The position numbers and the translations under genes are program-made. The notes beneath the pieces were generated by a model. It was not told the DNA's origin. It was given only the letters and a program-made list of their open reading frames with translations, and did no database searches. A DNA stretch of 64,000 bases from Babesia bigemina. Taxonomy: Eukaryota. How positions within the stretch are numbered: position 1 is the stretch's first letter; each line of letters starts with the position of its first letter. Location: contig NC_027219.1 in NCBI RefSeq assembly GCF_000981445.1, positions 1 to 64,000 of the forward strand. The letters run 5' to 3'. Positions 9,675 to 21,800 of the stretch are shown in pieces.

Positions 9675-10270
9675 CAGTGGTGACCTAGCAACTGACCAAT
9701 GCCATAACCAACGTGGTGACCAACGTTTTGACCAATGTGCTGACCAAAGTGCTGACCAATGCCATGACCAAAGTGTTGACCAATGGCACGACCAACGTGC
9801 TGACCAAGGCCATGACCAAGATGCTGCCCAATGCCATGACCAAAGTGGTGACCTAGCACCTAACCAATGCCATGACCAACGTGCTGACCAACGTGCTGAC
9901 CAATGCCACGACCAACGTGGTGACCAAGGTGCTGACCAACGTGGTGACCAAGGTGGTGACCAATGCCATGACCAAAGTGGTGACCAAGCTGCTGACCAAT
10001 GCCACGACTAACGTGGTGACCAACGTGGTGACCAATGTGCTGACCAATGCCATGACCAGAGTGGTGACCAAGCACCTGACCAATGCCACGACTAACGTGG
10101 TGACCAACGTGGTGACCAATGTGCTGCCCAAATTGTCGACCAAAGTGCTGCCCAAAGTGTTGACCAACGTGTTGACCAAAGTGTTGACCAATGTGCTGAC
10201 CAATGTGGTGACCAATGTGCTGACCAAAGTGCTAACCAATGCCATGACCAAGCACCTGACCAAGTTGATG
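9675..10270. repeat. 12-bp tandem repeat (TGACCAA(C/T/A/G)GTG(G/C)-type), ~50 copies
   Basis: Direct periodicity; translates as TNVV/TKVL 4-aa repeats. Confidence 0.93.
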
Positions 10271-10376
10271 GTCACGGCAGCGATGACATGGTCACGGCAG
10301 CGATGACAAGGTCACGGCAGCGATGACATGGTTACGGCAGCGATGACATGGTCTCGGCAGCGATGACATGGTTACC
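10271..10376. repeat. 20-bp tandem repeat GTCACGGCAGCGATGACATG, ~5 copies
   Basis: Directly visible. Confidence 0.93.
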
Positions 10377-10392
10377 AGAGTAGTGATTATAA

Positions 10393-10470
10393 TCCACTCC
10401 ACATCGCCCCTTTACCCACTCTACATCGCCCCTTTATCCACTCCGCATCGCTCCCTAACCCACTCTACAT
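10393..10470. repeat. Short second array of the 22-bp CCACTCYACATCGC repeat (~3.5 copies)
   Basis: Same unit as 1-490, followed by the same ~70-bp leader. Confidence 0.9.
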
Positions 10471-10560
10471 CCCTTGAATTACTTCGCCATATTACCGCTA
10501 TGACCTTTATAAACCATTACAATAACTTGTGCCTTGTCACCCTTCCCTTCCTCCACCTCT

Positions 10561-13500
10561 TGCCACTGCCCTGACCATGTGCCGCCTAGGGAGCTTGACA
10601 AGAAATTTGGTAAAATTTAAAACCTTAAAACCACCTCAAATAACAACCCTAATAACATCCTTAATAACCTCTGCTCTGGCCTCGAAACTTTCCTCGGCTT
10701 CAACTCTGAGTCCAAAGGCTACGACGGCACTGGGATTGTGTACTCTGACTTGGACAGGCTGTGTGATGCAGTGATGGCGTTTTTGAGTGGTGTGCTTGAA
10801 GCGGTGAAAAACGAAAATGAAGTGACAACTTACTATTCTAAGATGGATAAAACACTCGAAAAAATTAAAGACAGTATGCACAAAACTGGCGGATTGTCTG
10901 CGGCCGTTGAGGCTGTGAGCGAGGCGCTGGGGGAGTGGGATGGGGAGCTAGATAAAAAAACTAGCGCACTTAAAAAATCATTAGAATACTTAAAAACAGA
11001 AAAATTTAATAATATGCATGATTCACTTAATAAACTTAATGCTGTATATGGTGACTCACTTAGTAAGGTGCCTGTGTTGCTTGACGCCTGCATCGCTGAT
11101 GCTGGGTGGATCTCGGGAGCGTATGATGCCGCGGAAAATGAGTACGAGAATCTGGATCCGACGCTTAGAGATAAGTTGAAAGATGCGTTATATAAAATTA
11201 AGTTGCAGGTGAAATCGTTCGAGGCGGCGGCGGCGAACACGGAATTAAAAGACGTAGTCGACTTGGCTGGAAGTGAGTTGCTAAATCTCAAACAGAAGGT
11301 GGATGAAAGAATTGATGAGCGTATGAATGATGTGAAAATCAGATTGGGGCATGAATTCAAAGTTCAGATACACGATCCTCTAAATGCTGTAAAAAAAACT
11401 TTAACGTCAGTTGATACAGACCTGAAAAAATGGATTGACCGTGCCACGGAGATTGCAAAGTATGGCATTGAGCAGTCTAAAGCTATATTGAAGGAGGTTA
11501 CAGAGCAGTCAGGGACTAAGAAGGCCGGAGCTGACGCGGAAAAATGGAGGAATGTTGAAAAGGCCGCGTTGCAGTTGAAGCAAAAGGCGCAGAAGCTCTA
11601 CGACGCGGCTAGTACGGCTAAGAAAAGTGTTGAGAGGTTGGTGCCGGAAGCGCTCTCTGATGTGCTTAAGCTGGACAGGGCGGTTAGGACTGGATTAAAG
11701 ACTACGAAGGATAAAATTAAAGGTGCACTGAGAAAGTACATTAAGGAGCAGCTGCTGGGAACCATTATGAAACAGGTTAAAAGCATTGAAGGTGAGAGAG
11801 AAGAGGAAGGGTTGCAGGGAATCATGACAAAGGTGGCAGAGTACGCAAAGAAGTTCCAAATAAAAGGATTAAATAAGGGTTCATTTGGAGAGATAGTACA
11901 GGAATGGGTAGATGATAGTCTGGGAGAAGAACCCGTTAAAGGCTGGTTAACAAGTTATTTTGAGCAAAGGAGTAGATTCAATCCGCCTTATGATGAGTGG
12001 GACAGCAGCGGGAGAGATAATGAAGAACGCACTCGAAAACTGGCAGGTATAATTGTTCGACAACTCGAAAATCAAATTAGTCACGCCGTCAGTATGGCAG
12101 CACATTTCACGATCGAAGGTAGCATTCAAGCGTATGTTGATGCCGTTCAGACCGGGTGCAACGAATTTGCGAAAAACCTTGGCGAGAGGATTAAGTCACA
12201 AACCAAAAACAGGCTGCTAGCCAGTACAATAGCAGGTAATATTGAAAGAGCTCCAGATGGCCTAGTCATGAACGGCAATACAACCAGCGATCAACATCTC
12301 ACATTTGCCGTCGACGCTATTCTCCATCAACTCGTCGGTATGGCGATGAAAGCTGGAGAAGCCATCGATTCGTTCACAGTGGATGCAACCAAAATGAGCA
12401 CTAGCGTCAATGACGCCCTAAAAGTAGTTAGGAGTCTTTGGAGTAATATCGATCAGGCGACTAGGGAATCCGGTATTGGCGTTAATGCCATTTACGTCGA
12501 CGACGTCACCGAACCTTATGATCTAACTCAAAGTGTTGAAGGCATTCTTCTTGGCATACTTCGAAATGATTTTGGCTTGGATAGCGACGGTGACGGCAAA
12601 GTAGATACACTTGTTGTTAAAAACTTTGAAGATTACGATGGATTGATTAAGCAAGCTACAGTGCCCCGTATTACGAACGACAAATTTCTTGGCGGAGACT
12701 CAACCGAAGGCTCTCTTTGCAATAAGATTGGAGAGATCAAAAGGGAGGTGGCCGGAACGCATCTCATCGATGTTGAAAGTGGCTCCACTCTCGATTCTGG
12801 TGATCGTACCGACAGCACTAAATTTTACAGTGACAGCTTCGGCAACATGCTCACCGAAGTCGAATCAAGGCTCGCTGATCTCATGTCCACTATCAAGAAT
12901 CTGGCCGAAAATTCAAATATATCCGAGGAACGAGACCAAAGAAAAGGTGTCAAGAATTATTTCGAGGAGCTGCAGAAGATGATTCAGACTGAATTTGGGA
13001 GCGAAGATAATAAGCACCTTGATAAAATTAAAGAACGTATTGAAGGCATCCTTAATACTAACTCAGATGGAAACTTGAAAGATATAGTCTCCAAAGCCAC
13101 GCAATTCAAAACAGAGGTCATCGACAAGGAAGCTGCCGCGGCCATCAAATCGATTAAAGACTTCGTAGATAAACAGGTCGCCGATAAAATTAAGAATATA
13201 CAGGGCCAAGCCCGAACGCTGTATCACAGTAAGATTAGCGGCATATTTAAGACCATGAAAACGAAGGTGGAAAATTATATATCGAACGTCAGTGAGATTA
13301 CCGGCGAAGATTCGCGCACCGGCGTCAAAGGCCTGCTGAGGAAGGTGATGGATCATGACCGGAAGGGTAATGATGACACCAACATGCTTAAGAAGTTGAA
13401 GAATAACGCATCCGTAAAATCATTATCATCGCCCCTAAAAGCTTTCCTCAGGCCCATCCTCACCCACGTCGAAACCGAAGTAAAGACTGCGGACTCCACC

Positions 13501-16002
13501 TCTTCTAACAAGCAGGAGAATGAATGCTCCAACAAGGTCAATCATATCCACAGCCGTGTCAGCGCACTGCTTCGTCACTTCTCCAATGGAAACAGCAAGT
13601 ACAACTTCGACGATACCTTCGTCACCTCGCTCCTCAATCTCAAGTCCTCCCTCGCTGACCTCTCCGCCCCGAGGTTCTCCGGCTACGAGCATCCCCTGCT
13701 CCTCGACTCTCTTAAGGACGGGTTAATGCGATTGTGCGAGGAGTTGGATAAGTCGTATGTGAACACGTACTCTGGTCAGACGATTAAGTGGGAGGAGGAA
13801 AGCAATACGGACAAAACGTATTGCGCGAAAATCTTGGTCACCATCATGAAGATATTCGGTGACGATTTAGCACTGCTGAAGCACGAATGTGAGAACGGTT
13901 GGAAGGAGAGCAAAATATCCCTGCTTTCCCAGTCCGGCAGGTATAATCACCTAGGTAATTTCCTGAGAAACTGCGGATACGTAGTGACCAAAAAGGATGG
14001 CTCGCAAAACGGGGAACTGCAGTGCTCTGCCAAAATGATTGGGAAATCCATTGTTAATAAATTTGGCATTACCGTAGTGTCGAGATATGACAGTCGTCTT
14101 TTAATGGAAACTCTTAAACTTCTCGTAGATCACATCAGCGATTACTACGAAACTTGCCACCTCGGCACATGGCAGTCGAAAACGTATCCATCGTCAGTAT
14201 ACGACATGCTTCGCTGGTTGTCCGGCTTCACGCATAATGGAGTCTACCAAGCATTATCGTTCAACGGTTTCGAGGAGCTGTTCGAGAAGCCGGAGGAAGA
14301 TGACACTATTACGCTTGAAGCAGATGGCATCACCGGCACAAATCTCAACGCATTGTCGCTGTCGGCCTACCCGCACGACATTAAACCATCTAACCTAACC
14401 GCTGCTCTAACAGATGTTTGCAACCACTCCCACGCTGTCCTAACAACCATCCTAGGTCATGGCCATGGTGAAGGTGTATACGCCTGCGAGTTCGATACAA
14501 ATTCAGCTGGACTAGTGTATCCCGCAGACTTCAACACAATGGTCTGCATGATACGTGATATCATCAACAGACTATACGGTCAGCTGCAGTTCTTATACCA
14601 ACAATGTAAATACGATACTGCGCTAGGTGGCTGGCTTGACTGCGAATATGGCCAATGCGTCGGTGGCGCAAGTTGGCGGTGCAACGTCGACCAATGCGTT
14701 AACCTAACGTGCAACCAAAAGGGTGGGCAAAGGGCTAACCAAAATGGTAATCAAAAGGCTGACCAACGATGTCAAGAACACCCTAAGTGCGGTGTCAAGT
14801 CACCACTGCAGTCTTTCTTAGAAGATAAATTGCCGGGGTTCCTACCGCACAATCTGAAATCAGAAAGAGGAAAACTGGAGTGCTCGCTCAAGAGTCACGG
14901 TAACTTACCGTGCATTACGCCGATGGGCTTCTCAGGGATAAGTCAGATGGCATCGCACAGAGCTACTGGTCAACGTATCGTCGATGTGCTTGCTGGCTAT
15001 TGTGGCACTCACACGTCTCCCCTCACTAGGATTTGCGGCTTATTTAATTGCATATTACCTAGCGCACCTAAAACGCTCAGCGATATGTTCGGGTTCTATT
15101 ACAGCTTCCTTTATGAGTGGGATCAAAAGAGTAATCGCAACAACAAGCGTATTGAGAACAGGGAGACGGCATTTAAGTCGAAAGTCAGCGAAGCTGATTT
15201 CGAAAATCGGAGCACGAAGCTGGACATTACCTCCATGTTTGGCAGTACTGATCATAAATCTAAGACTGTTGAAACATCGCATCTTACCGGCGATCTCTAC
15301 TCTCTCGTCTGTTGTAACCCATCGACCAATTCAGCGCAGCCATGCGGCGCATATCTTAGACCGTTATGCTATGATACCTGTACCATGTTCTCGAAGGAAC
15401 ACGCCGACAAGTACCTTTCATGGATTGTTTACTTGACGGAGACATTCTACACCGCGCTCCAAAAGTTGTTAGAGGACTGCCGGAAAACGTGCGGTGCGGA
15501 TGCAAGAAAATGCAAAATTGGTAAATGTAAAAAGGATTGCGGAACCAAGGAACATCCACTTGCTCCATCTGCGAATCACAATGGCTCATGTGGGTCAATA
15601 GTGGAGTGCGGGTACATTCGTCCTACATTCTTCAGATATGGTTTCACACACGATAACGTTGCCAGCCTCAGCGGTGTATCAGGTGACTCACATAAGAGGA
15701 CCTGCACAGATTTCTGCGCAGCATTGCGTATTGTCACCAAAGAAGGAAATGCCCTCTACGATATCGTTAACAAAACAATTCCCGAATTCCTTTGGACTAT
15801 AAGACAGAAATTCTTCTGGACCACTGTCGCACTTTGGTCACTATCCCTCTTGTACCTCATCTGCGTAATGGTTGGCAGACTGGATGTGCTGCATATCCGA
15901 TCGCACCTCAGATCACCGTCATCGCACAGGATAGCTGCGCAATCATTGTTGGCTGCAGCGCAAGTCGGAAGGCTTGCCAAGATATCGTACCTACAACCGT
16001 GA
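10561..16002 (+). pseudogene. ves1: VESA1-like gene, 5'-truncated, with an in-frame TAA at 10618-10620; open for 1754 aa from 10738 (first ATG 10774)
   Basis: The frame reads ...KKFGKI*NLKTTSNNNPNNILNNLCSGLETFLGFNSESKGYDGTGIVYSDLDRLCDAVMAFL; C-terminal TM and ...AKISYLQP tail are intact. It could still be expressed from ATG 10774. Confidence 0.8.
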
Positions 16003-16149
16003 TCATCGTCACATTTGTAATTCACAGTAACTCACTTACCATAGTTCACCTACTCACCTAACCGACAAACGTAGTCTAATGTCTCGAATTACTCTAGCGG
16101 CAACCTGTGAAGTAGATAGCGTTGAGATTAAGTGATGACTAAACGACGA

Positions 16150-16770
16150 AGCTAGGTGCTAAGCTGGCATCCAGGCAAAGTGCTGACCTAGCACCCAGGC
16201 TAAGTCCTAACCTAGCACCCAGGCAAAGTGCTAAGCTGGCAACCAGGCAAAGTGGTAAGTTAGCACCCAGGCAAAGTGCTGAGCTGGCAACCAGGCAAAG
16301 TGCTAAGCTGGCACCCAGGCAAAGTGGTAACCTAGCACGCAGGCAACATGTTGACCTAGCATCCAGGCAACGTGGTAAGGTAGCAACCAGCCAAAGTGCT
16401 AAGCTAGCAACCAGGCAAAGTGGTAAGCTAGCAACCAGGCAAAGTGCTAACCTAGCACCCAGGCAAAGTGCTATGCTAGCAACCAGGCAAAGTGGTAAGC
16501 TAGCAACCAGGCAATGTGCTAAGCTAGCACCAAGGCGAAGTGCTAAGCTAGCACACAGGCGAAGTGTTAACCTAGCACCCAGGCAACGTGGTAAGCTAGC
16601 ACCCTGGCTAAGTTATAAGCTAGCACACAGGCAAAGTGCTGAGCTAGCACACAGGCAACGTGCTAAGCTAGCACCAAGGCGAAGTGCTAAGCTAGCACAC
16701 AGGCGAAGTGTTAACCTAGCACCCAGGCAACGTGGTAAGCTAGCACCCTGGCTAAGTTATAAGCTAGCAG
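16150..16770. repeat. Second 24-bp tandem array (~26 copies) containing a 144-bp higher-order duplication
   Basis: Same unit as 6355-6950; the block starting at 16516 is repeated at 16660. Confidence 0.95.
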
Positions 16771-17255
16771 ATGAACCGTCGGTTGGTTGTTGCGTTGAGT
16801 TGTGCGTTGACTGTGAGAGGCGTCTGCGTTACCCATTGAGTGAGTGTCACGTAAGGCTAGGTGATTGGTTGCTAAGGTAGGCGGTCCGGAGGGCCGCGGC
16901 GGGTGGCTTAAGTCGTGTGTTGCGAGTCACTGGTAGGGTGGCGAAATCGGCGTTGGCCTGGTTAAGTAGCATTTATAGGCGGCAATGTAGCGATTGTTAG
17001 CATCACATTTAGGCACGTAGCGGACACGCTCCGCCAGCATGGCGCCGATACCGCGGCTCGTAGCACGGTGCTGCTGCACTGTGGGAGTTGAGTGCACGGG
17101 TCGCTGCAATTTTAATGGCGTTGCGAATAGTGAATAATTTAAAGTGACAGTTGGTGCTAATCACATGCGTCGCGTCAGGGCAGCAGTGGTATCCCGGGCA
17201 GCGTGGGTGTCGGAGCCAGGGCTGGGGGGATACAGGGGTGAGGGTGAGTGTTGAT
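16770..17255 (+). promoter_or_regulatory. Second copy of the conserved spacer
   Basis: Homologous to 6950-7475. Confidence 0.4.
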
Positions 17256-17424
17256 GAGGGGACTGGGAGCGGCAGTGGTAGTGTTGCAGTTGGTGAGTGC
17301 TTGCTAGGTGATTGATATGTCTGCAGGTTGAGGGGACTGGGAGCGGCAGTGGTAGTGTTGCAGTTGGTGAGTGTTTGCATAGGTGATTGATATGTTTGCA
17401 GGTTGAGGGGAGTGGGAGGGGAAG
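17255..17424 (+). repeat. Two units of the ~74-bp micro-intron-like repeat
   Basis: GTGAGT...CTGCAG at 17293-17326 and GTGAGT...TTGCAG at 17367-17401. Confidence 0.85.
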
Positions 17425-17853
17425 ATGGGCTGGGGGACTGACGATAAGTGTAGTAGCTCATGTACGCGGGTTGTGTGTAATTGCTGTCCCTGGTGTTGTG
17501 AAGCTTGTAGGAGTAGTAGTGGCAGGTGCAGTACATGTGAGCCAAACTACCAGAACCGTGTGGCTAGCAAGCAATGCCATCCTTCGGGATGTGGTACCGC
17601 AAATTATCATACCTGTACCAACAGCAGTTGTGGATGTAATTGTTGTGAGCAAAAACGCCGTGTCTCCGGTTCCTCCTCTGCCGGCAGCGCTCATCGTCAA
17701 ACCTCCGCTGCACAGCCTACCACCACTTTCCCCGCCCCTTACATCATCGCTCCCATACTCATCATCATCGTTATCTGCGTCATGAGCTACTTCCGCATTC
17801 GGCCCTTCCACAAGGTCCGTGATTTACCGCTTTGCATCGCATTTTACAACTGA
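17425..17853 (+). CDS. Small Cys-rich single-pass membrane protein (142 aa), paralogue of 8229-8687
   Basis: Shared CNCCxWCCxxC motif, C-x-C-x-CC-x-Q-(R/K)R motif, Ser-rich linker and TM IIAP..IIIVICVMSYFRIRPFH. Confidence 0.75.
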   Translation: MGWGTDDKCSSSCTRVVCNCCPWCCEACRSSSGRCSTCEPNYQNRVASKQCHPSGCGTANYHTCTNSSCGCNCCEQKRRVSGSSSAGSAHRQTSAAQPTTTFPAPYIIAPILIIIVICVMSYFRIRPFHKVRDLPLCIAFYN

Positions 17854-18883
17854 CGCTTTGTATTATCGCACTTATCGCACAGCACTACGAAATAACAGCA
17901 CACTGCTTCATTAATAACTTTTTAGAATCTTTTTCGCTATCACCCAGTGCCCACACTGCCACTCATGGCCTGACCCGGGTTTATCGTTTCCCTGTCTAGC
18001 GTCTCACCCACCGGCGTGGGTTGCCGAAATTTGTTGCGCCATACATTATGTTGATGCGTCATAGTCATGTAGCCACTCACGATTTAACCCGTCCCCTCGA
18101 AGCTATCTTGGTCGGTCACTCATCCATGCTGATGGCATCTCGTCTGCCCGGCATCATAAACCCTGGTCGGATAAGTTCCGCGCCGGTGCTGATTTGCCGT
18201 CCGTGATGCTATCATTATTTTCATAATCTTGCTTTCCATCCTGTTCAACCTCTCCAGCCGATCCCAGCCTCCTGATGAACGCAGCTCCCTATCTCCGCCT
18301 TAACATCCTATCGTTTCCGCCTCTTCCAATCCCTCGACAATTCTGCCCATTATTTCCTCACCTTTTACACTGCCATAGTCTCCTCGCGATACCCTTCTCG
18401 CCTCCTTGCCTCACCCAAGTCACTCCACCCCTTCATTTCATTCTCTTCCTTGCCTCCCTGCTCACTCCTCTCCCCTTCATACACGTCCACTTTCCCTTCT
18501 GCTTATTCCCGTTCGCCTTCCTTTCACGCACCTCAGTGCCCCTTGCGCCACTCCTGTGCACCCTCTTACCTCGCAATTCGCCTGCCTTTCTGGTCGGGCC
18601 CCTGACCTGTCTGGCACCGTGTTGGCCGCCAACTGGGCTGTGAATCGTGGCGTATGAATTGCAAAATACTACATCGGTGCACATCATTTACGTTATGAAC
18701 ACTCCGATATGCGACACTATTGACGCTACATTTCAATTTATTTCTGCAATTACTTTTCCTATATGTTGTGTCTACACGACTAGGCACCTGTGGCTGCAAC
18801 TGAGACCATGAAGATACGAAACTAATTTTTATGCTACATGAAGCATTGTTGTACGTGCAATACTCGTAATCATTTAGGATGGT

Positions 18884-21800
18884 CTATGAGAGCATCGGGT
18901 CATCGTCGAAGTAGTCGACGCCGTACAGTGAGAGCATCTTGCGTCCCTTCGTGAGTAAGGCCTTTACGTCGATGCGGTGTGAAGCCGTGGAGCGGATAAG
19001 GTGTGAGCGGATGTGGAGCACGTCCAAGCGGTAGATCATCGTTTTGGCGAAGATGAGGAATGCGGCGGACCACAGTGCGATGACCAAGTAGATGAATGGC
19101 CCACGTACCCTGTAGAGGAACTCGTCCATGCAGGTTATAAGCTTTCCGATCGGCCCGCCGTTGACCACTTCTTCCAGCTTTGTGATGACCTGTGAACATG
19201 TCAGTGATGACTGCGATATGCCCTCCGATGGCGTGAGCCCGTGTAGGTAGAGGAGGGGCATAGCCATGTCACACTGGTTGAATGATTTATTCCCGGAACA
19301 TGTATGCGTCTTGAAATCATATCGCAGCCGATCCAGTGAGTCTCGGAGTACATCGGCCAGGTAGACCGTCCAGCTGAGGTATGTCTGGGCGAAGGCCGGG
19401 GAGTACAGGGCATATGCCCGGTAGGTGATTGGCGACAGAAGTTTAGGACCGTTGGAAGTAACACTGTCGCAGCCCAGCAGTGTCGACAGCGTCCCGGCGT
19501 GGTCATTGTCGTGTTTGGAGACAGGAGACTCGGGACGCCGTATATCCCGCACCGCTCGTAGGTCGTGAGCCTCGAAATGATCCCAATTGGGGTAGAGCGC
19601 TGGAGGCTCGGTGATGGCCTTTCCTAGGTCCGTCAACGTCTGATCACTACCACTGAGCAACTCACTCCCGAAATGATCAAAGAACGAGATCAGCTCTGCT
19701 GTAGTGCGAGGTGTCCGTCTGCTAAGGCAGTTGAGGTAGGAGCACAGTGTCAGCAAGGGGTCTTCATCGACGCTGCAGGTGGCAGACAGGATGGAGGAAA
19801 TGACACTGCCCTTTTGCGATATATTAGGCAAATCCTTGTCTTTAAATCCCATCTTGATGCGGCTCTTGAGGCAGATGTTACATGGGTCGAAAAAGTGGGT
19901 GTGGAAGGTGGAGTCCCAGCTGTCGGTCAGGAACGCCTGGAGGGGAGATTGCTCCTTGATACCACTGCTATACTCATAACTCTTCCACCCACCACGGAAT
20001 TTATCGCGACCACATTGCGACCTTAGGAACATCAACTGGTGGTGCGCGGCGTAGACATAGTCACGCAGCTGGCAGAGAAGCCCGTCGGGGTCAGAGGAGT
20101 AATAATAATTGCGATACTCTGCATTGAACTCGGGAATTGAAGTCTCGTTCGAAACGTCTCTATGTTTAAGCCTGTGTAGAACTTTAGCCGCATAGTGACA
20201 CGCCGCGGTGAGGGTTTGGGAGATCTCGTGTGAGGTGACGGTTGTAAGATTCCTGGTGACTAAGAGCACATTAGTAGGCAGGAAGGAGTCCGTATTAACA
20301 TCATCCAAAACTACATCAACATGCTTCCGAATAAAACCAATGTACCCTAATTCGACAACGCCGACCAGCCAATAGAGCATTTCTCGGACCGTTTTGGGAG
20401 AATGCAGATGATCGGTGACTGGGGGAGGGGTTACGATCGGAGGGATGAGATTTTTGGAATGCTCGGGGACGTACCAGGGAGCTTGGCAGACGTTTGGGTT
20501 GTCATCAAACGGGGATTGCCCGGGAAACACGGCCAGGGGGGTATACATTTTTGCACCCTCAGCATCCTTCAGCGCAAGATCATCTAAATCGTCAACTTTA
20601 GGGCGCCCTAATTTCGGCGCAGCATGGATATATTCAGGATCATACTCCGCTAAAGGCTGGGACGGGGGATGCTTCAGCACATCTATGAATAGATCCACAC
20701 TGTCTTCCGTATTAGATCGCGTTTCCTTTGTTTCATCCGACACATCATTAATTGCATCGTAGTCTCGATGAAGACCGACGGGTGGGGTCAATGATGGAGT
20801 TGCCGGAGAATCTTCGCCATAATTTGCAAAAGTCGGCTTAATTATATCGAAGATGACATTCGGAGCTTTGTTGGTTGCCTGATCCTGTAGTGCATTGGAA
20901 TTTGCGTCGCTTAAAGTATCATCGAACTTCCCAACTTCGAATGAAATTTCTATGTTCGGATCCGGCGGCTGAACTATTGAACTCGTCCCAACCCCTCCAG
21001 GTACACTTCCATCTGAATCAGAAGACTGTACAGTGGTCGCAGGCATCTTTGTAGCGCTTGAACCCTGCTGTGAGCCTTGAGCACTTTGTTGATTATCTTT
21101 CGAAACCAACTGGGCATTAGGTAGCTGAATCGGATCAGAACCAAGCGAGCCAGTTGGAGAAGGTACTGAACCTGATACACCTGAATGTTGACTGATCGCA
21201 GCGGCTTGAGAGATAACATCCGATTGAGCTCGACTCGAATTGTCCTGTAAACCCTGATCCCCGCCATCTGCCTTACCTGGCTGAGAACTTGGGGCAGGGA
21301 TTGTAGTAGGGCTGGTAGCGGAGTCTGGGGAGGAAGTCGCTTGTGTGGGTTCTTGTTTAACACCCTGTGGATCTGAGTGACCTGGCTGTGGCGATGGCTG
21401 CAGAGTCCCTGCGCCGGGACTCCCTTGATCACCGTTGGACCCCGGTGCGACTGGATCACTATCAGTATCAGAGATTTCAGATGACGAGGACCCTGGAGGT
21501 TGAACACCTGAACCTTGAGGTAAAGCAGGCTCTTGAGTTAGGGTACTATTGTTTTTTGAACCGGTATCGCTGTCACTTGGCGTATCAGCAGTGGTGGGTT
21601 CTGGAGCACTGGGGGGAGGTGGCGTAGGAACAGACAGCGTCGGACCTGGCTGGCCTTGCGACGCATTATCATTATTGTCAACACTTTGTTGAGCTTGTTT
21701 TCCTGCAGCATCAGCTCCACCCGCTGGATCTGAAGCATCATATTGTGAAACCGTTGTAGTGCTTTCGTCGCTTGTACCTGCACTTTGATCATTTGAATTT

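Noticed and set aside
9581..10306. ORFs with TNVV, LVTT or GHH repeats
   Set aside because: Open frames on both strands are expected from a 12-bp satellite; no other coding evidence
7480..10470. CRISPR-like appearance of the repeat arrays
   Set aside because: No unique spacers, eukaryotic context, no cas genes
18240..18640. Pyrimidine-rich ORFs of 83-122 aa
   Set aside because: Low-complexity composition with no recognisable motif or paralogue in the window
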